Source of the DNA: Corallochytrium limacisporum Hawaii
Taxonomy: Eukaryota > Protista > Pluriformea
Direction of reading: 5' to 3'
Length of the DNA stretch: 64,000 nt
Assembly (NCBI GenBank): GCA_002811645.1
Contig: PDIP01000044.1
Location: 4,286-68,285 of the forward strand
Below the pieces are notes generated by a model. The model was not told the DNA's origin. It searched no databases and saw nothing but the letters and a program-made list of their open reading frames with translations. Each line of letters begins with the position of its first letter. Positions within the stretch are counted from its first letter, which is position 1. The translations under genes were made by a program, and so were the position numbers. Shown one piece after another: positions 22,311 to 32,584 of the stretch.

Positions 22311-22422
22311 AAGAGACTGTAGGGATATTTTCATTAAAGCCACGTACGAAACATTTCAAAATGCGAGTTTAAAGATTGATGTAATTGTCTTGTGGTACGA
22401 CTTAACATCGCTGTTGTGTCAC

Positions 22423-25400
22423 TTACTGTCCTTCAGCCTTGACGTCGCCGGCAGTGGCAGCTGGCGGCGGCGCGGATTCGGTCGCAGGCTGTGGGTCGTC
22501 AGTGGCAACGTTGTCATCTTCGGCACCCTCGGGCGCCCCCGCCGACTGCTCTTCTGAGGCAGTGCCCTTAGAAGCCGGCGGTGGCGGTGGTGGCATGTCA
22601 TCCTTGCGTTCGTCAGCAGCAGCAGCATCGGCTTTCGGGCGCGAAGCGGCAGACGCGGGGGTTGCAAAGGTGAAAACATTGCCCTGTCCGTCTAGAGGCA
22701 CCCGCGGCGTATCGCCGTGACCTCCACCTGCGTTCATGACAGCTTCAACCGCCCGTGGAGACGGTGGAAGGGTGACATTGTGCCCAGCCGATGGCCTTGG
22801 ACTTCCAGCAGGCCGGAGGTCGTTGGCCGGCGTCGATGTGGATTCGGCCTGTGGTGTGTCGGACACGACCTGCGGCGTAGACTGGGCGGACTCTGAGACG
22901 GCCGGCGCGGAGTCCGGTTCCTTTTCATCAGGCGTGGTTGCCGATTTGGTCTCGTCTCCGGTCTTTGTTGCGGACCCTTCACGTCGTACAGATAGGCGCA
23001 TGAGGGTGGGGCTTGGATTGCCGGCGGCGTTCGTAGCCGCGGATTTCTCCTTGTCCTCATTTCCACCACCGCCAGTCCCACCGTCCTTTGTGCTGTGCCC
23101 ACCGTCGGTAGAGGGCGGCTTGTCACTCGAAGACAAGCGACGGCGGAATTCGCTCATAGACACTCTTGTCTTCTTTGGCTGGCCCTGGCCGACCGATGAC
23201 GCGGCCGCACTGTCCTTTTCCACATCACCGCTGACGGTCCGAGCTACAGCTTCCTTTCCGGCGCTGGCTGGAGTGGAACTCTTCGTCTGAGCTGCCTCTT
23301 CACGTAGCTTTGCATTGGCAGCGGCCACCGTGGCCTCTGCAGAGGGCGGATTTGTCGTCTTTGGCGTCTGCGGCGGAGTCTCCAGCACACGGCCCCACTT
23401 CTTGCCTTCATTACCTACGGTAGTGACATCAACCATTGAGTCCGAGTCACCGCTCTGGCGACGGCGCCAGTCCGTGTTCATGGTAGTCTCGTCCCCAGTG
23501 TTCTCATCGACGACGTCCATGGCACCTGCACCACCCACCGCTGCTCGCTTCTCCTCAACTTTGTCTACGGTCATGGCATCGACATTTTCTTCGGATTTGA
23601 CCATCGCAGGTTTGGCTTCTGTTCCATCCTGGTCCTGCTTTGGATCCTTCGAGGAGAGGAACTCCTCATCGCTCATGAACTTGACGCGAAACTTAATGGG
23701 TTCAATCACAGAATCAAGGCCATGCCCGCTGTCAAAGCTGCCATTACTTCCTTTGCGTTCGTTGTCATTGACAGCCGTGGGGTCGTTGTCAACGCCGCCA
23801 TTGCTGCTCTCCATGTACATCATAACGAACATTTTGCGTCCGTACGAATGGAAGTAGTCCACCAATTTGGACTCGCCTAGCTCGCTCAACTGTTCCTCGT
23901 TGTCCCAGGTGTCGCCCTCGTCCTCTTCATCTATTACAGAGTCGGTGCGCGGGGTAGCAGTTGTTGACCCTTTACGACCCTTCTTGGGCGGCCGGCCCGT
24001 GCTGGGCCTGCCCTTGGGCTTCTGTCCGCTGTCGACGACGCTGCCCTTGCGGCCAGCAGCAGCCTCGGTGCCAGGCGTAGTGGCAGTCGACTGGCGCCGG
24101 GCAGACTTCTGCCGGCCTCCAGTGCCAGTACCATCGTCTATTTGTTCGAGTTGCTCAAACTGTCGCATGTACATTTGCATCTTGCGCTCCTCACGGCTTA
24201 ATGGCTTGCCGTCGTCACTGAAGCCCGGTGGACTCTCCCGAACTGACGAACGGCGGATACTGCTGCGCTGTGACGCTGTGCCAGCAGTCGGTTGGCCGTC
24301 ACCGTCTTCAACTGCACGGCGCTTTGCCGCCTGACTGTCCACATCCTGCGGTTCCCCGGCAGAGGACTTGGTCCGACGACGGCTGCTGACGGCTGGGGGC
24401 ATATCTGGAGCGTCTAGAGATGCTTCGTCTGTTTCCATGCGTTCATTTCCTCCGTTGCTGGTGCCACTATCTTTAGTTGCAGCATCCTCTCCACGCGACT
24501 CCGCGGCTTCTTTGGCAGCGGCCATCTGCCGCTGAACATAACCAGTGCCTGGGGGACGTCCACGGCGCTTCGGGGCTGCGGTGGTCTCGCTGTTGGTGCC
24601 GTCGTCTTTTACGCTCTGCTGCTCACTTGCAGCATCAGCATCGGTGCTGTTCCGCGCGGCACTGGCGCTCTCCGTCTGTTTCGACCGGTCCTTGGGTGGT
24701 CGTCCGGGCTTGCGTCTCGCTCCCTTAGGCTGCTTATGCTTACGGCGGATAGCGGAACGGGACCCCGCAGCGGATCCCGTCGCACCCTGCTGGCGCTGTC
24801 CACGATTCAGACGCCTCTCCAGCAGGTCGGTGGCGCACTCTAAAACGTACTTGCATTTACCAGCCGCAATCTTTTCCGCGTTTCCTTTGAATACAGCACA
24901 GGTGTCCGGACTGCCGCACGCACATGGCACACAGTAGTTCAGATTCGCAGGTTCGTAATTATGTGCCACGGTAATTTCTTCACCCGCGACAATATCACGC
25001 AGTGCTACTAGGCCAATTACAGGCCGATCATTCACCAGGAACAACAAAGCCTCAGCGTTCGGGAGGCAAGATTCACGGATGAAGCGGGCCTTACCAAGCT
25101 TGGTACTTCCGGCACCCGGCCGCGTTTCACGAGCATCCACCAGTAAACCCTTGCTCATGTTTACAAGAATATAGGGCACAGGTGCAGATGTGAATGCACG
25201 GTCCTCCTTGTCCTGAAACTTGGCCAGAAAATCGTCCCTGTCGGCCATGTAGCCGTAGTAGACAGCAATAACACAATCTTTTTGACAGGGTTCGTCAATG
25301 ATAACCCGGTTGTGCTTGACATCTCCAAGTGGTGGAATACCGAGATTTGTTGCTGCAATCTTTTCGATGTGCATCTGTTTGGGAACTGCTCCGTGTTCTT

Positions 25401-26034
25401 GTCCATTCACTGCCTTCCCAGCCTTCAAGGCTGTGGCATCTGTGAATATGGTAGCCTTGGAAGACTCTTCGCTTTTGACAAGATTTGCCAGTTCTTTATC
25501 CAACCCGTTTTCGTATGTGTAGCCCTCCGCAGGGTCGTCAGGGTCAACCACGGATGTTGGTGGAACCGCCACGTCGAAAAGTGGAGCAAACAGCAAAGGC
25601 TGAATTTGTCGAAGCGCTCCCCATCGATCTTCGGGATCGTGTGCCTTATTCTTTACAAACTCGAGAATTTTCTTTTCGCGAGAAATATCCACCTCATCGT
25701 CTCCGTCGTCTTCCGGTTCGTCGTCTTCGTCGTCGTCGTCGTCAACATCGTCTTCGTCGTCGTCTTCGTCAACAATTTCGCCTCTGACGCGTTTTCGCCC
25801 CTGAATCTTCTTTGCTCTGTCGACGTTCAATTGGCGAGGGTTGCATTTCTCGCATTTGTATACTTCAGGTAGATTCTTGGGGTCCAGGTCGTTAATGCAG
25901 GCAATGTGCTGCCATACTTTGCACTTATCACACTGGATTGTATTTCCATCGTCATGTTCAAATTCGCAAATGCAGCGAATTTTCCAGTCTTGATCTTCTT
26001 CCGAGTCAGACCCGGACTTTGAAGCCTTTGACAT
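22423..26034 (-). CDS. PHD + degenerate SET domain protein, Set3/MLL5(KMT2E)/SETD5 family
   Basis: PHD IRCIC..IQCDKCKVWQHIAC..CEKC. SET ARFIRESCLPNA..GEEITV..CACG. Family motifs LSREERKM..FEQLE and KKTRVSMSEFRRR, plus several GRP AT-hooks. Confidence 0.9.
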   Translation of the reverse strand: MSKASKSGSDSEEDQDWKIRCICEFEHDDGNTIQCDKCKVWQHIACINDLDPKNLPEVYKCEKCNPRQLNVDRAKKIQGRKRVRGEIVDEDDDEDDVDDDDDEDDEPEDDGDDEVDISREKKILEFVKNKAHDPEDRWGALRQIQPLLFAPLFDVAVPPTSVVDPDDPAEGYTYENGLDKELANLVKSEESSKATIFTDATALKAGKAVNGQEHGAVPKQMHIEKIAATNLGIPPLGDVKHNRVIIDEPCQKDCVIAVYYGYMADRDDFLAKFQDKEDRAFTSAPVPYILVNMSKGLLVDARETRPGAGSTKLGKARFIRESCLPNAEALLFLVNDRPVIGLVALRDIVAGEEITVAHNYEPANLNYCVPCACGSPDTCAVFKGNAEKIAAGKCKYVLECATDLLERRLNRGQRQQGATGSAAGSRSAIRRKHKQPKGARRKPGRPPKDRSKQTESASAARNSTDADAASEQQSVKDDGTNSETTAAPKRRGRPPGTGYVQRQMAAAKEAAESRGEDAATKDSGTSNGGNERMETDEASLDAPDMPPAVSSRRRTKSSAGEPQDVDSQAAKRRAVEDGDGQPTAGTASQRSSIRRSSVRESPPGFSDDGKPLSREERKMQMYMRQFEQLEQIDDGTGTGGRQKSARRQSTATTPGTEAAAGRKGSVVDSGQKPKGRPSTGRPPKKGRKGSTTATPRTDSVIDEEDEGDTWDNEEQLSELGESKLVDYFHSYGRKMFVMMYMESSNGGVDNDPTAVNDNERKGSNGSFDSGHGLDSVIEPIKFRVKFMSDEEFLSSKDPKQDQDGTEAKPAMVKSEENVDAMTVDKVEEKRAAVGGAGAMDVVDENTGDETTMNTDWRRRQSGDSDSMVDVTTVGNEGKKWGRVLETPPQTPKTTNPPSAEATVAAANAKLREEAAQTKSSTPASAGKEAVARTVSGDVEKDSAAASSVGQGQPKKTRVSMSEFRRRLSSSDKPPSTDGGHSTKDGGTGGGGNEDKEKSAATNAAGNPSPTLMRLSVRREGSATKTGDETKSATTPDEKEPDSAPAVSESAQSTPQVVSDTPQAESTSTPANDLRPAGSPRPSAGHNVTLPPSPRAVEAVMNAGGGHGDTPRVPLDGQGNVFTFATPASAASRPKADAAAADERKDDMPPPPPPASKGTASEEQSAGAPEGAEDDNVATDDPQPATESAPPPAATAGDVKAEGQ

Positions 26035-27942
26035 AGTTCTGTTTCAATATGTCTAATATCACCTTATACACTCACGTCAAAGTCGTACGATGATAAAGCG
26101 GTCATTGTTTCGAAAGTAATTTTCCAGAGTCGAGCATGCACTTCATTCAAGTTTGCTGATAGTGTTTAAGCATGGTTGTGGGTTCAATGATTCTAGAAAC
26201 CGCACTACATACCATATGAAGCCACTATTTGTCGAGTATGCCGCACAAACTATGACTTTGGTCTGTTGAACCCAGAATGATTTATTACTTGCTTTGTACA
26301 GCCGTATAAAGTTTCTTTACTCCTCTATATAGAGATCAAATACCTCTACATAAATTCTCTAGGATCTTTTCTTTCCAAAATGATGCTGTATGACGCATTT
26401 AGCCAACTCTAAGCTACTTGAATAATTTTTTAACATTATTCCGACCACCCAAACATTTAGTTGAACAGGGCTCCGGAACACGGGGAGGCGCCTCACGGGC
26501 AGCAGGTCTCATAAGAAAATGGACAGCGGGAGGGGGTGGGGGTGGTAAAGGAAGGGGGCCGCAGTTTTCCCATTCTGCAGCCCTGCCGCCCACCTCCCCG
26601 GGCCTACTTGGGTGTCCTTTTACCCACCCCCCTCACGAGTGGCCCAAGCGGACACTAGACTCCCCTGCCCGGGCGGCAGCGCGGTTCCGAAGCCGTTCAT
26701 TGAGTATACAAAGTCGAACCGCAATACGCTCGCTCCCCATTCTAGCCTTTACTTCGATTTCACCAGCTTCGCCGCTTCGTTCCTTCCTCACCATTGATAT
26801 TGATGCGAAGCTGTCCTCTTTCTGTGTAACCATATAAAATATATGGACCTGTTTTACAAAGAAACCCATGGTGCTCGCAGCAGTGAGCTCACCGGCAGAT
26901 CCAGGAACGCCACCGGCGCCCTGGTCCCCTGTGCTACCAATCGCCGGATGGTGGGTGACATTTGCGTGAGTATATAAAATATACTTATTAAAAACTCCAA
27001 CACCAAATGATTGTTCGCCGCTAGCCCAAAAAGGAACAAACCGGAGAGAGGGTATTAAAAAATAAAAACACAGCTCCCCTCAGGAGGGCGAGGGAAGGAC
27101 AAGGAACCGTTGCGGTGCGATTAGACAAGTAGCTCCTTTCGCGCGATGCAGTCTTCGTACTCACTCTACTCTGAGAAACGGGAGTCTAATTTTTCCCGAA
27201 GGATTCTTTGCTCCTTGCCCACATTCTTGTCCCTTCCTTTTTTTTTCCTTTCTTTGGCTTGTTCGTGATTCAGTCTGGGGTCCGATTTCGACCTTCCGCC
27301 CCGGGCCTTATCGGTACATTCATTACCCATCCGAGGTCCCCATCGTGCGCCAGTCTGCTCAACAAAAAGTATCCGAAAATAGGGAGGGGTAAGCGTTAGG
27401 TGGGGAGAGTTTAAATATTAGGCCCCCATCACCACTCCATTGGTATTCAAAGTGAATCAGTGCCAATGCGTGGGGCGGGGGTCGGATTTTTCCTGAACGC
27501 AGAAACGGAGCATGAGCATAAGCAAACAGTCCGGCCCCGCAGGAAAAATGATGGGCTGACACGGACGGTCAGAGCCGAACGGTTACTGACCGGATTTGCC
27601 AATATGTTCACTATAGAAATCAGACATTGCCAAGAAGGAGCCGTGCGGAAGAACTCGGGGGTCTCCGGCCGGGTGTGACCCCCGGGACCCAATGGACACG
27701 GTCACACGGCAGTGGGCGGGCATATACACATGTTCGTAACACGGCTGGCAAACAACTATGATAGTATCACCTGGTCTCGGTTTAGTCGTCCTGAGCACTT
27801 ATATGCAGTCGCTACAAAAGAGTTAGGGAGCATTAGCGAGCATAGGTATGGTACCTGATGGTGGCCATGTGGAAAGGTCTGAAAATTAACCGGCACGAGG
27901 AGATCAATAGCACGGTTACACAGCAGTGACGAGAGGCCCACC

Positions 27943-28107
27943 ATGGCAGAACAGAAGAATACTCAGGACCGGCCAAAGCCATGCTGCGCATGCCCAGAGA
28001 CAAAGAGGGTTCGAGATGAGTGCATCATGTTGAATGGCGAAGAGAACTGCCAGGATCTCATCCAGAAGCACCGGGAGTGCATGGCTACCTACGGGTACAA
28101 GATCTAA
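27943..28107 (+). CDS. COX17: Mitochondrial copper chaperone COX17 (54 aa; below the ORF-track cutoff)
   Basis: Manual translation gives [54 protein letters not shown]. It has KPCCAC plus twin CX9C, and a good Kozak context CCACCATGG. Confidence 0.97.
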   Translation: MAEQKNTQDRPKPCCACPETKRVRDECIMLNGEENCQDLIQKHRECMATYGYKI

Positions 28108-28147
28108 ATCATACAGGGGAAGAAATATATTCGTTGCGAAGTTGTGA

Positions 28148-29357
28148 TCATGAGCTGTCCCTGGGAAGAACGTCCCTGGCAACATTGAGTGCTACGTTCA
28201 TAGGTTTGAAGTTGGGATGGCCCATTAATGAATAGGCACATATACCAAAATATGCATGCAAAAGATCTGTTTACATAGAAAAATTAGGGAAGAGCACTGG
28301 CAGCCCGTAAGTTGTCGGTTAGTGTCCTTGCAATTATAAAGAAAATCTTTGAAATAAACCTGACAGGGGTAGCCAGCAGAATGGCTCCTCACTAGACAGA
28401 AAGTTAATACTTACCAGGCAGAGCGTCCTGTACTTTACCAAAGCCGCCAATATTTTCATCCTGGGTGGTCAGGAGGAATGACGAGTTCGCCTTCGCGTCG
28501 GGCATGTCACCAAATCCCATGATCTCAAGGGTTCCACCGATCCAGAAACTGTAGCAAGTGTCTGGAGGCTTATTTGTGCGGCCGCAAAAGCCGCTAATCT
28601 GTTTGCTTACCGTCCAATGTAGGAGCTGCTGTCGTCCTTCCTCACCTAGTACGTCGTCCTTGGCAGGCTTTGTCGATCCTTCCACAGGTAGGGCGTCGAG
28701 TAGGTACAGGGCTGCAGCAGCACAAAAGGTAGTTCCTCCGTGAGCCTCGGATCCGATTGTCTGTCCGAAGCCCCCTTCGTATGTTTGACATTTCTTGATG
28801 AATTCGAGAACCTTATCCCTGTCGATGCCGCTGAAATCGTCAATGAGGGCAGCTGTGGCACACGCGCAATATACAAATCGCAAGTCTTGCTCTGCTCCAC
28901 CTCCACAGGCCATGAAGCAGCCATTTTCCTGTTGCAGTGTTTTCAAAAGCTTAACACATCCACTGCGGTTCACCCGACTTAAATCGTCACCAAGGATTCT
29001 CAGACATAGTAACGCACAGTATGTCATGGCCAAGTGGCCAGAGTCCCGCGGCCCCGTTGATCCGTCGCCGGTGTATCCCAAGTATGGTGAACCCCTGAAT
29101 CCACCGCCATATTCTGCATCTTCTGGCACCTGACATGAATAGATCCAGTCTACGATCTCCTGTGTTGACTTTGATTTGTGACGGATCGGTTCATCCATGA
29201 TACTGAGACCGGATAGGGCAAAGAAGAGAGCGTTGAGGCGGATGTTGTCAAGTGACAAATACGGTTGCGGAAGGCCATGTAAATGGGCCATGAAGTATTT
29301 GAAATGCTTGGGTCTGACAAACCCAAAAGGGTCCGATTCTGCCCGGCTCGTCGCCAT
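28148..29357 (-). CDS. PGGT1B: Geranylgeranyltransferase type I beta subunit; 2 exons, complement(join(28148..28266,28415..29357))
   Basis: GGGFRGS, GHLAMTY, EAHGGTTFC and GRTNKPPDTCYSFW. Removing the GT-AG intron restores D-L-L-H-A-Y-F-G-I-C (Zn-ligand His) and ends ..ALNVARDVLPRDSS*. Confidence 0.95.
28267..28414 (-). other. Spliceosomal (U2-type) intron, 148 nt, phase 1
   Basis: Donor G|GTAAGT, branch-like CTAAT, acceptor AACAG|AT. Splicing restores the conserved PGGT1B C-terminus in frame. Confidence 0.93.
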
Positions 29358-29871
29358 ATCTATGCTCTAATTTGACACCCCGATTCCATAACATAAAGAC
29401 TGTTACATATCCTGTATTCATTGCCAGGGTTCTCTAGTTCTCAAAAAATAGCAGCACACTATCTGGCATTCGTTGATAAACCTTGAGTCTCCCTCTAAGA
29501 GTCCGTACTGGGTAAAGGTCCCCTTACCGGAACCTTGAAGCCAAATGCCACAACAGCCGCTGTTTGGTGGCGCCTCCCAGCCAACCCCCTTCCCGCAGGG
29601 GAGGGGGGGGCGATTCTACGCGTTGGCCACTGTGACCTTGGCCCACCGCAGTGAGGGGATGGGTGCTTTGGTGTTCGTATTTGCACGTAGCATCACAGAG
29701 CAGGCTCGACAGGAAAGGTCCTTGAAACTGAAACAGCCACTGTGCACACTCCTTCGTGACCAACTAAGAAATATTTTGCTTGAATGTTGTTGTTGGGACG
29801 GCTGGACATGCTGTAATCAAGATGGTGTCTTGAATCGAAAGGCGTGGTAGTATAGGAGAATTCCAGGAATA

Positions 29872-31137
29872 ATGTCAGAAGATGTACGGCAACGCACGCG
29901 CACAGCGGTGCGAAACCTTTACAGAGCCCGTAAAACTCCAGGAACGCATGTTCAGACAGTCTCTTTGCGACACAGTCGTATGCTTCAGGCAAGCGATCCT
30001 AATGCGCGAGGAAAGGCAGCGTTGAGGTTACACACGGCCATGTTAGACCTGCTGCGAGAATTGGACAAGGAAAGCCAAACCATCCTTCGTGTTCGCAATT
30101 TAATTGAAGAAGTTGGTGCTGGCACCGATCAGGAACATGCACAACCGGTCAAAGGACGGGAGAAGAAGCTACGAACTTTTCGAGAGTCAGTACCGGACGT
30201 AGATATGCCAATTCCAAAGCACCTTGGAACACGTGGCCAGGCAGCCCGAGATATAGCAGCCAGGGCCCTGCCCATTTTTTCGGCGGACAAGATCCCTGCG
30301 GACTTGGGCCTTGGCAGTGGTGGGCCAGTCAACTGCAAAGGACTGGGAAATATACCGCCGTTGGTCGGTGCTAAGCCTGCACCGCCGTCGTATCGCATGG
30401 TACCCGGGGCGTTGGTGGCAGCGCGCGTCAACTTGAGCGAGGACGGGGCGGAAAGCGGAGCCAATCCCGCTGAGGAAGAATGGATTCTGGCATATATCAC
30501 CAGCCGAAAAGTCGCCTCCGGACCAAGTGCTGAGTCATCGTCCACAATGGCGACACCACGGCATGTCACCGAGACGTTAAGTACAGGTTCTGGAGACAGC
30601 CAGGCACCAGCAACAGAAGTCTGGTACGAGGTCGAAGACATCTATGCTTCAGCAGACGTCGCGGCCGCCGCCGACCGTCAGCTACACAATGCCATGGTCG
30701 CGGGCACTGGCGATACTGACGAAGCACTCATCGCCTCCCTGCGGGGATCGGAGGGCCGAGGCACTGACATGGACGACAGCGTCGGGCCGATGTCAAAGCT
30801 AGACAACCCAACGAATGCATTGACACTGAGCGCCCACGGCCAGCCTACCACCCGACACTGGGTCCGTGGGTCGCTGGTAGTACCCTTGCCCCTCTGGGAC
30901 GCCCTGCCGGAGCACGAAGTGTACTTCCAACCGGGGGCCCATGTGCATGCTTTATACCCGCGGACCACAGCATTCTACCAGGCCACAGTGGTCGCGACAC
31001 CAGACTGGGAGCATAACGGCTATCGGCTGACCTTTATGGGTGACGAGGATGTGGACGGATTGCTGCCATTGCGATCACTTCCGCAAAAATTTGTCATGCG
31101 CAGCTCAGATCCGACTGCGTACGAGGATATGACATAA
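29872..31137 (+). CDS. SGF29: SAGA-associated factor 29 (tandem Tudor)
   Basis: PPLVGAKPA, VAARV, EEWILA, YEVEDI, VVPLP, ALYPRTTAFYQA and YRLTF match the SGF29 C-terminal Tudor pair. N-terminal coiled coil. Confidence 0.88.
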   Translation: MSEDVRQRTRTAVRNLYRARKTPGTHVQTVSLRHSRMLQASDPNARGKAALRLHTAMLDLLRELDKESQTILRVRNLIEEVGAGTDQEHAQPVKGREKKLRTFRESVPDVDMPIPKHLGTRGQAARDIAARALPIFSADKIPADLGLGSGGPVNCKGLGNIPPLVGAKPAPPSYRMVPGALVAARVNLSEDGAESGANPAEEEWILAYITSRKVASGPSAESSSTMATPRHVTETLSTGSGDSQAPATEVWYEVEDIYASADVAAAADRQLHNAMVAGTGDTDEALIASLRGSEGRGTDMDDSVGPMSKLDNPTNALTLSAHGQPTTRHWVRGSLVVPLPLWDALPEHEVYFQPGAHVHALYPRTTAFYQATVVATPDWEHNGYRLTFMGDEDVDGLLPLRSLPQKFVMRSSDPTAYEDMT

Positions 31138-31207
31138 GGTGTTACTGTGGATCGTTATCACTAGTGTATTGGTCGAAATGCAATTCAGATTTCACAAATA
31201 CAGAGAC

Positions 31208-32584
31208 TCAAGTTCTGAAGACTGTTTCAATTTTTCGTTGCGTCTGCTGACAGAGTTCTAGAGCCTGCGTAAAGTTATCAAGAATGGTTCCTAACATGCC
31301 GAATCCGTGCTCGACTTCGAGACAGTCGATGACTTTCACACACTGGCCTCTACGGTACCCGTAGTGGCCAATTTCGTTCGTGGCTTTAAGCATCCCTTGC
31401 TGTAATTTGGCCTGGCTCACACCCGAACCGACAGCCTGAAGGAGCATGAAGCTCACAACCAGGTTTGTGTGGTCAACTCGGAAGTCCACCAAGATCTCTG
31501 GCGGCAATGGCGGGCTCATGGCCAAATTGCGGTCGACTAGTTCATCAATAGAGTAGCTAATAGGCAGGACCAGCCTCTCCCGAAGCTTCATGATGCGGTC
31601 ACTCACCATCTCTAAGTCAGCCATGACTCGAGCACGGCAGTGGCGGAGATCTTCGTTGGTCAACGCCTGCGCCGCGGCGTCACAGTCCTCTGCGACATCC
31701 ATGGTAGGCTCCGGGTTCGACAGTTTGCGTTCGTGAAATCCGGGCGGTGGCTGTGGCGAACTGACGCTTGCAAGTGAGCCAGGTGTGTCCTTGATAAGTC
31801 CACTGGAGCGACGAATGGCTTGTGCTAGAATCTTCGACGCATCTCCGGCCTCCCGGACACACTGTAGTGCACTATGCGCGTAGTTCCGCGCATTCTGCAG
31901 ACGAGGCAAAATCCAGGGCAAGGTCTCCTGGATTGAAGTGCGGAAGAATTCTTGTGCTGAATGAATGGTCGGTGGCGGCTGTGGAGGAGCTGGTGCCGGG
32001 GTGCTCACAGACGCTGCGGTGGAGTTCGATGCCGTGGAAGCGCGTGTGGTGCTGCCCGTGCTAGGTGTTGCCGATGTCCGCAATTGTGGCGACGGCAAAT
32101 CGTCGAAGGGGTTACCGATTCCCGGAGAATGATGCCCTGACCCAGGAGTCGACCGTGGTTTCAACCGTGCCCCCAACTGGGGGCCTAAAGCAAGCGTCTG
32201 CGTGGGCGACGGTGGCGCGGGGCTTAGATCCTTCGCAGTGATTCCATTAAAGCGAAAACGCAAATCTGCGTGGACAATTTCATAGCCATCGATTGTAATT
32301 TGTCCCCGCAAGCTGTCAGACTGAGTCATAGGTACAATGTGTGTCACAGAGTCCGGGTCAGGAATATTGTGGTGCGTATGGTGTCTCGTCTTGGGCGTCA
32401 GTCTTGTCGCGTTTTCGTCCAAACAGCGTTCCAGAATTTTGTACACCCGTGGGATCTCCCAAAGAATTAACCATGCCGCCTCTTTGCGCTGTGTTTCATC
32501 CTCCAGCTGTACTGATTCCGGATCATTGGCCTCCGGCACGGGTGTATCCGGCTGCGGAGGTTTTATGACAATGGGTGCCACCAT
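31208..32584 (-). CDS. ROGDI: Rogdi / RAVE subunit Rav2 family protein
   Basis: EAAWL..EIP, LRGQITIDG..IVHADL, PWILPRLQNARN, PPLPPEILVDFRV and VIDCLEVE follow the Rogdi pattern, with long low-complexity inserts. Confidence 0.78.
   Translation of the reverse strand: MVAPIVIKPPQPDTPVPEANDPESVQLEDETQRKEAAWLILWEIPRVYKILERCLDENATRLTPKTRHHTHHNIPDPDSVTHIVPMTQSDSLRGQITIDGYEIVHADLRFRFNGITAKDLSPAPPSPTQTLALGPQLGARLKPRSTPGSGHHSPGIGNPFDDLPSPQLRTSATPSTGSTTRASTASNSTAASVSTPAPAPPQPPPTIHSAQEFFRTSIQETLPWILPRLQNARNYAHSALQCVREAGDASKILAQAIRRSSGLIKDTPGSLASVSSPQPPPGFHERKLSNPEPTMDVAEDCDAAAQALTNEDLRHCRARVMADLEMVSDRIMKLRERLVLPISYSIDELVDRNLAMSPPLPPEILVDFRVDHTNLVVSFMLLQAVGSGVSQAKLQQGMLKATNEIGHYGYRRGQCVKVIDCLEVEHGFGMLGTILDNFTQALELCQQTQRKIETVFRT

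Noticed and set aside
10734-28107. COX19 and COX17 as a copper-chaperone cluster
   Set aside because: They are 17 kb apart with four unrelated genes between them; chance is sufficient.
28404-28414. PGGT1B ending at ..LPGKY* as in the ORF track
   Set aside because: This reads into the intron. The real C-terminus with the Zn-ligand His is in exon 28148-28266.
28407-28417. ATACTTACCAG resembling the U1 snRNA 5' end
   Set aside because: It is simply the reverse complement of the PGGT1B 5' splice site, and no U1 stem-loops or Sm site follow.
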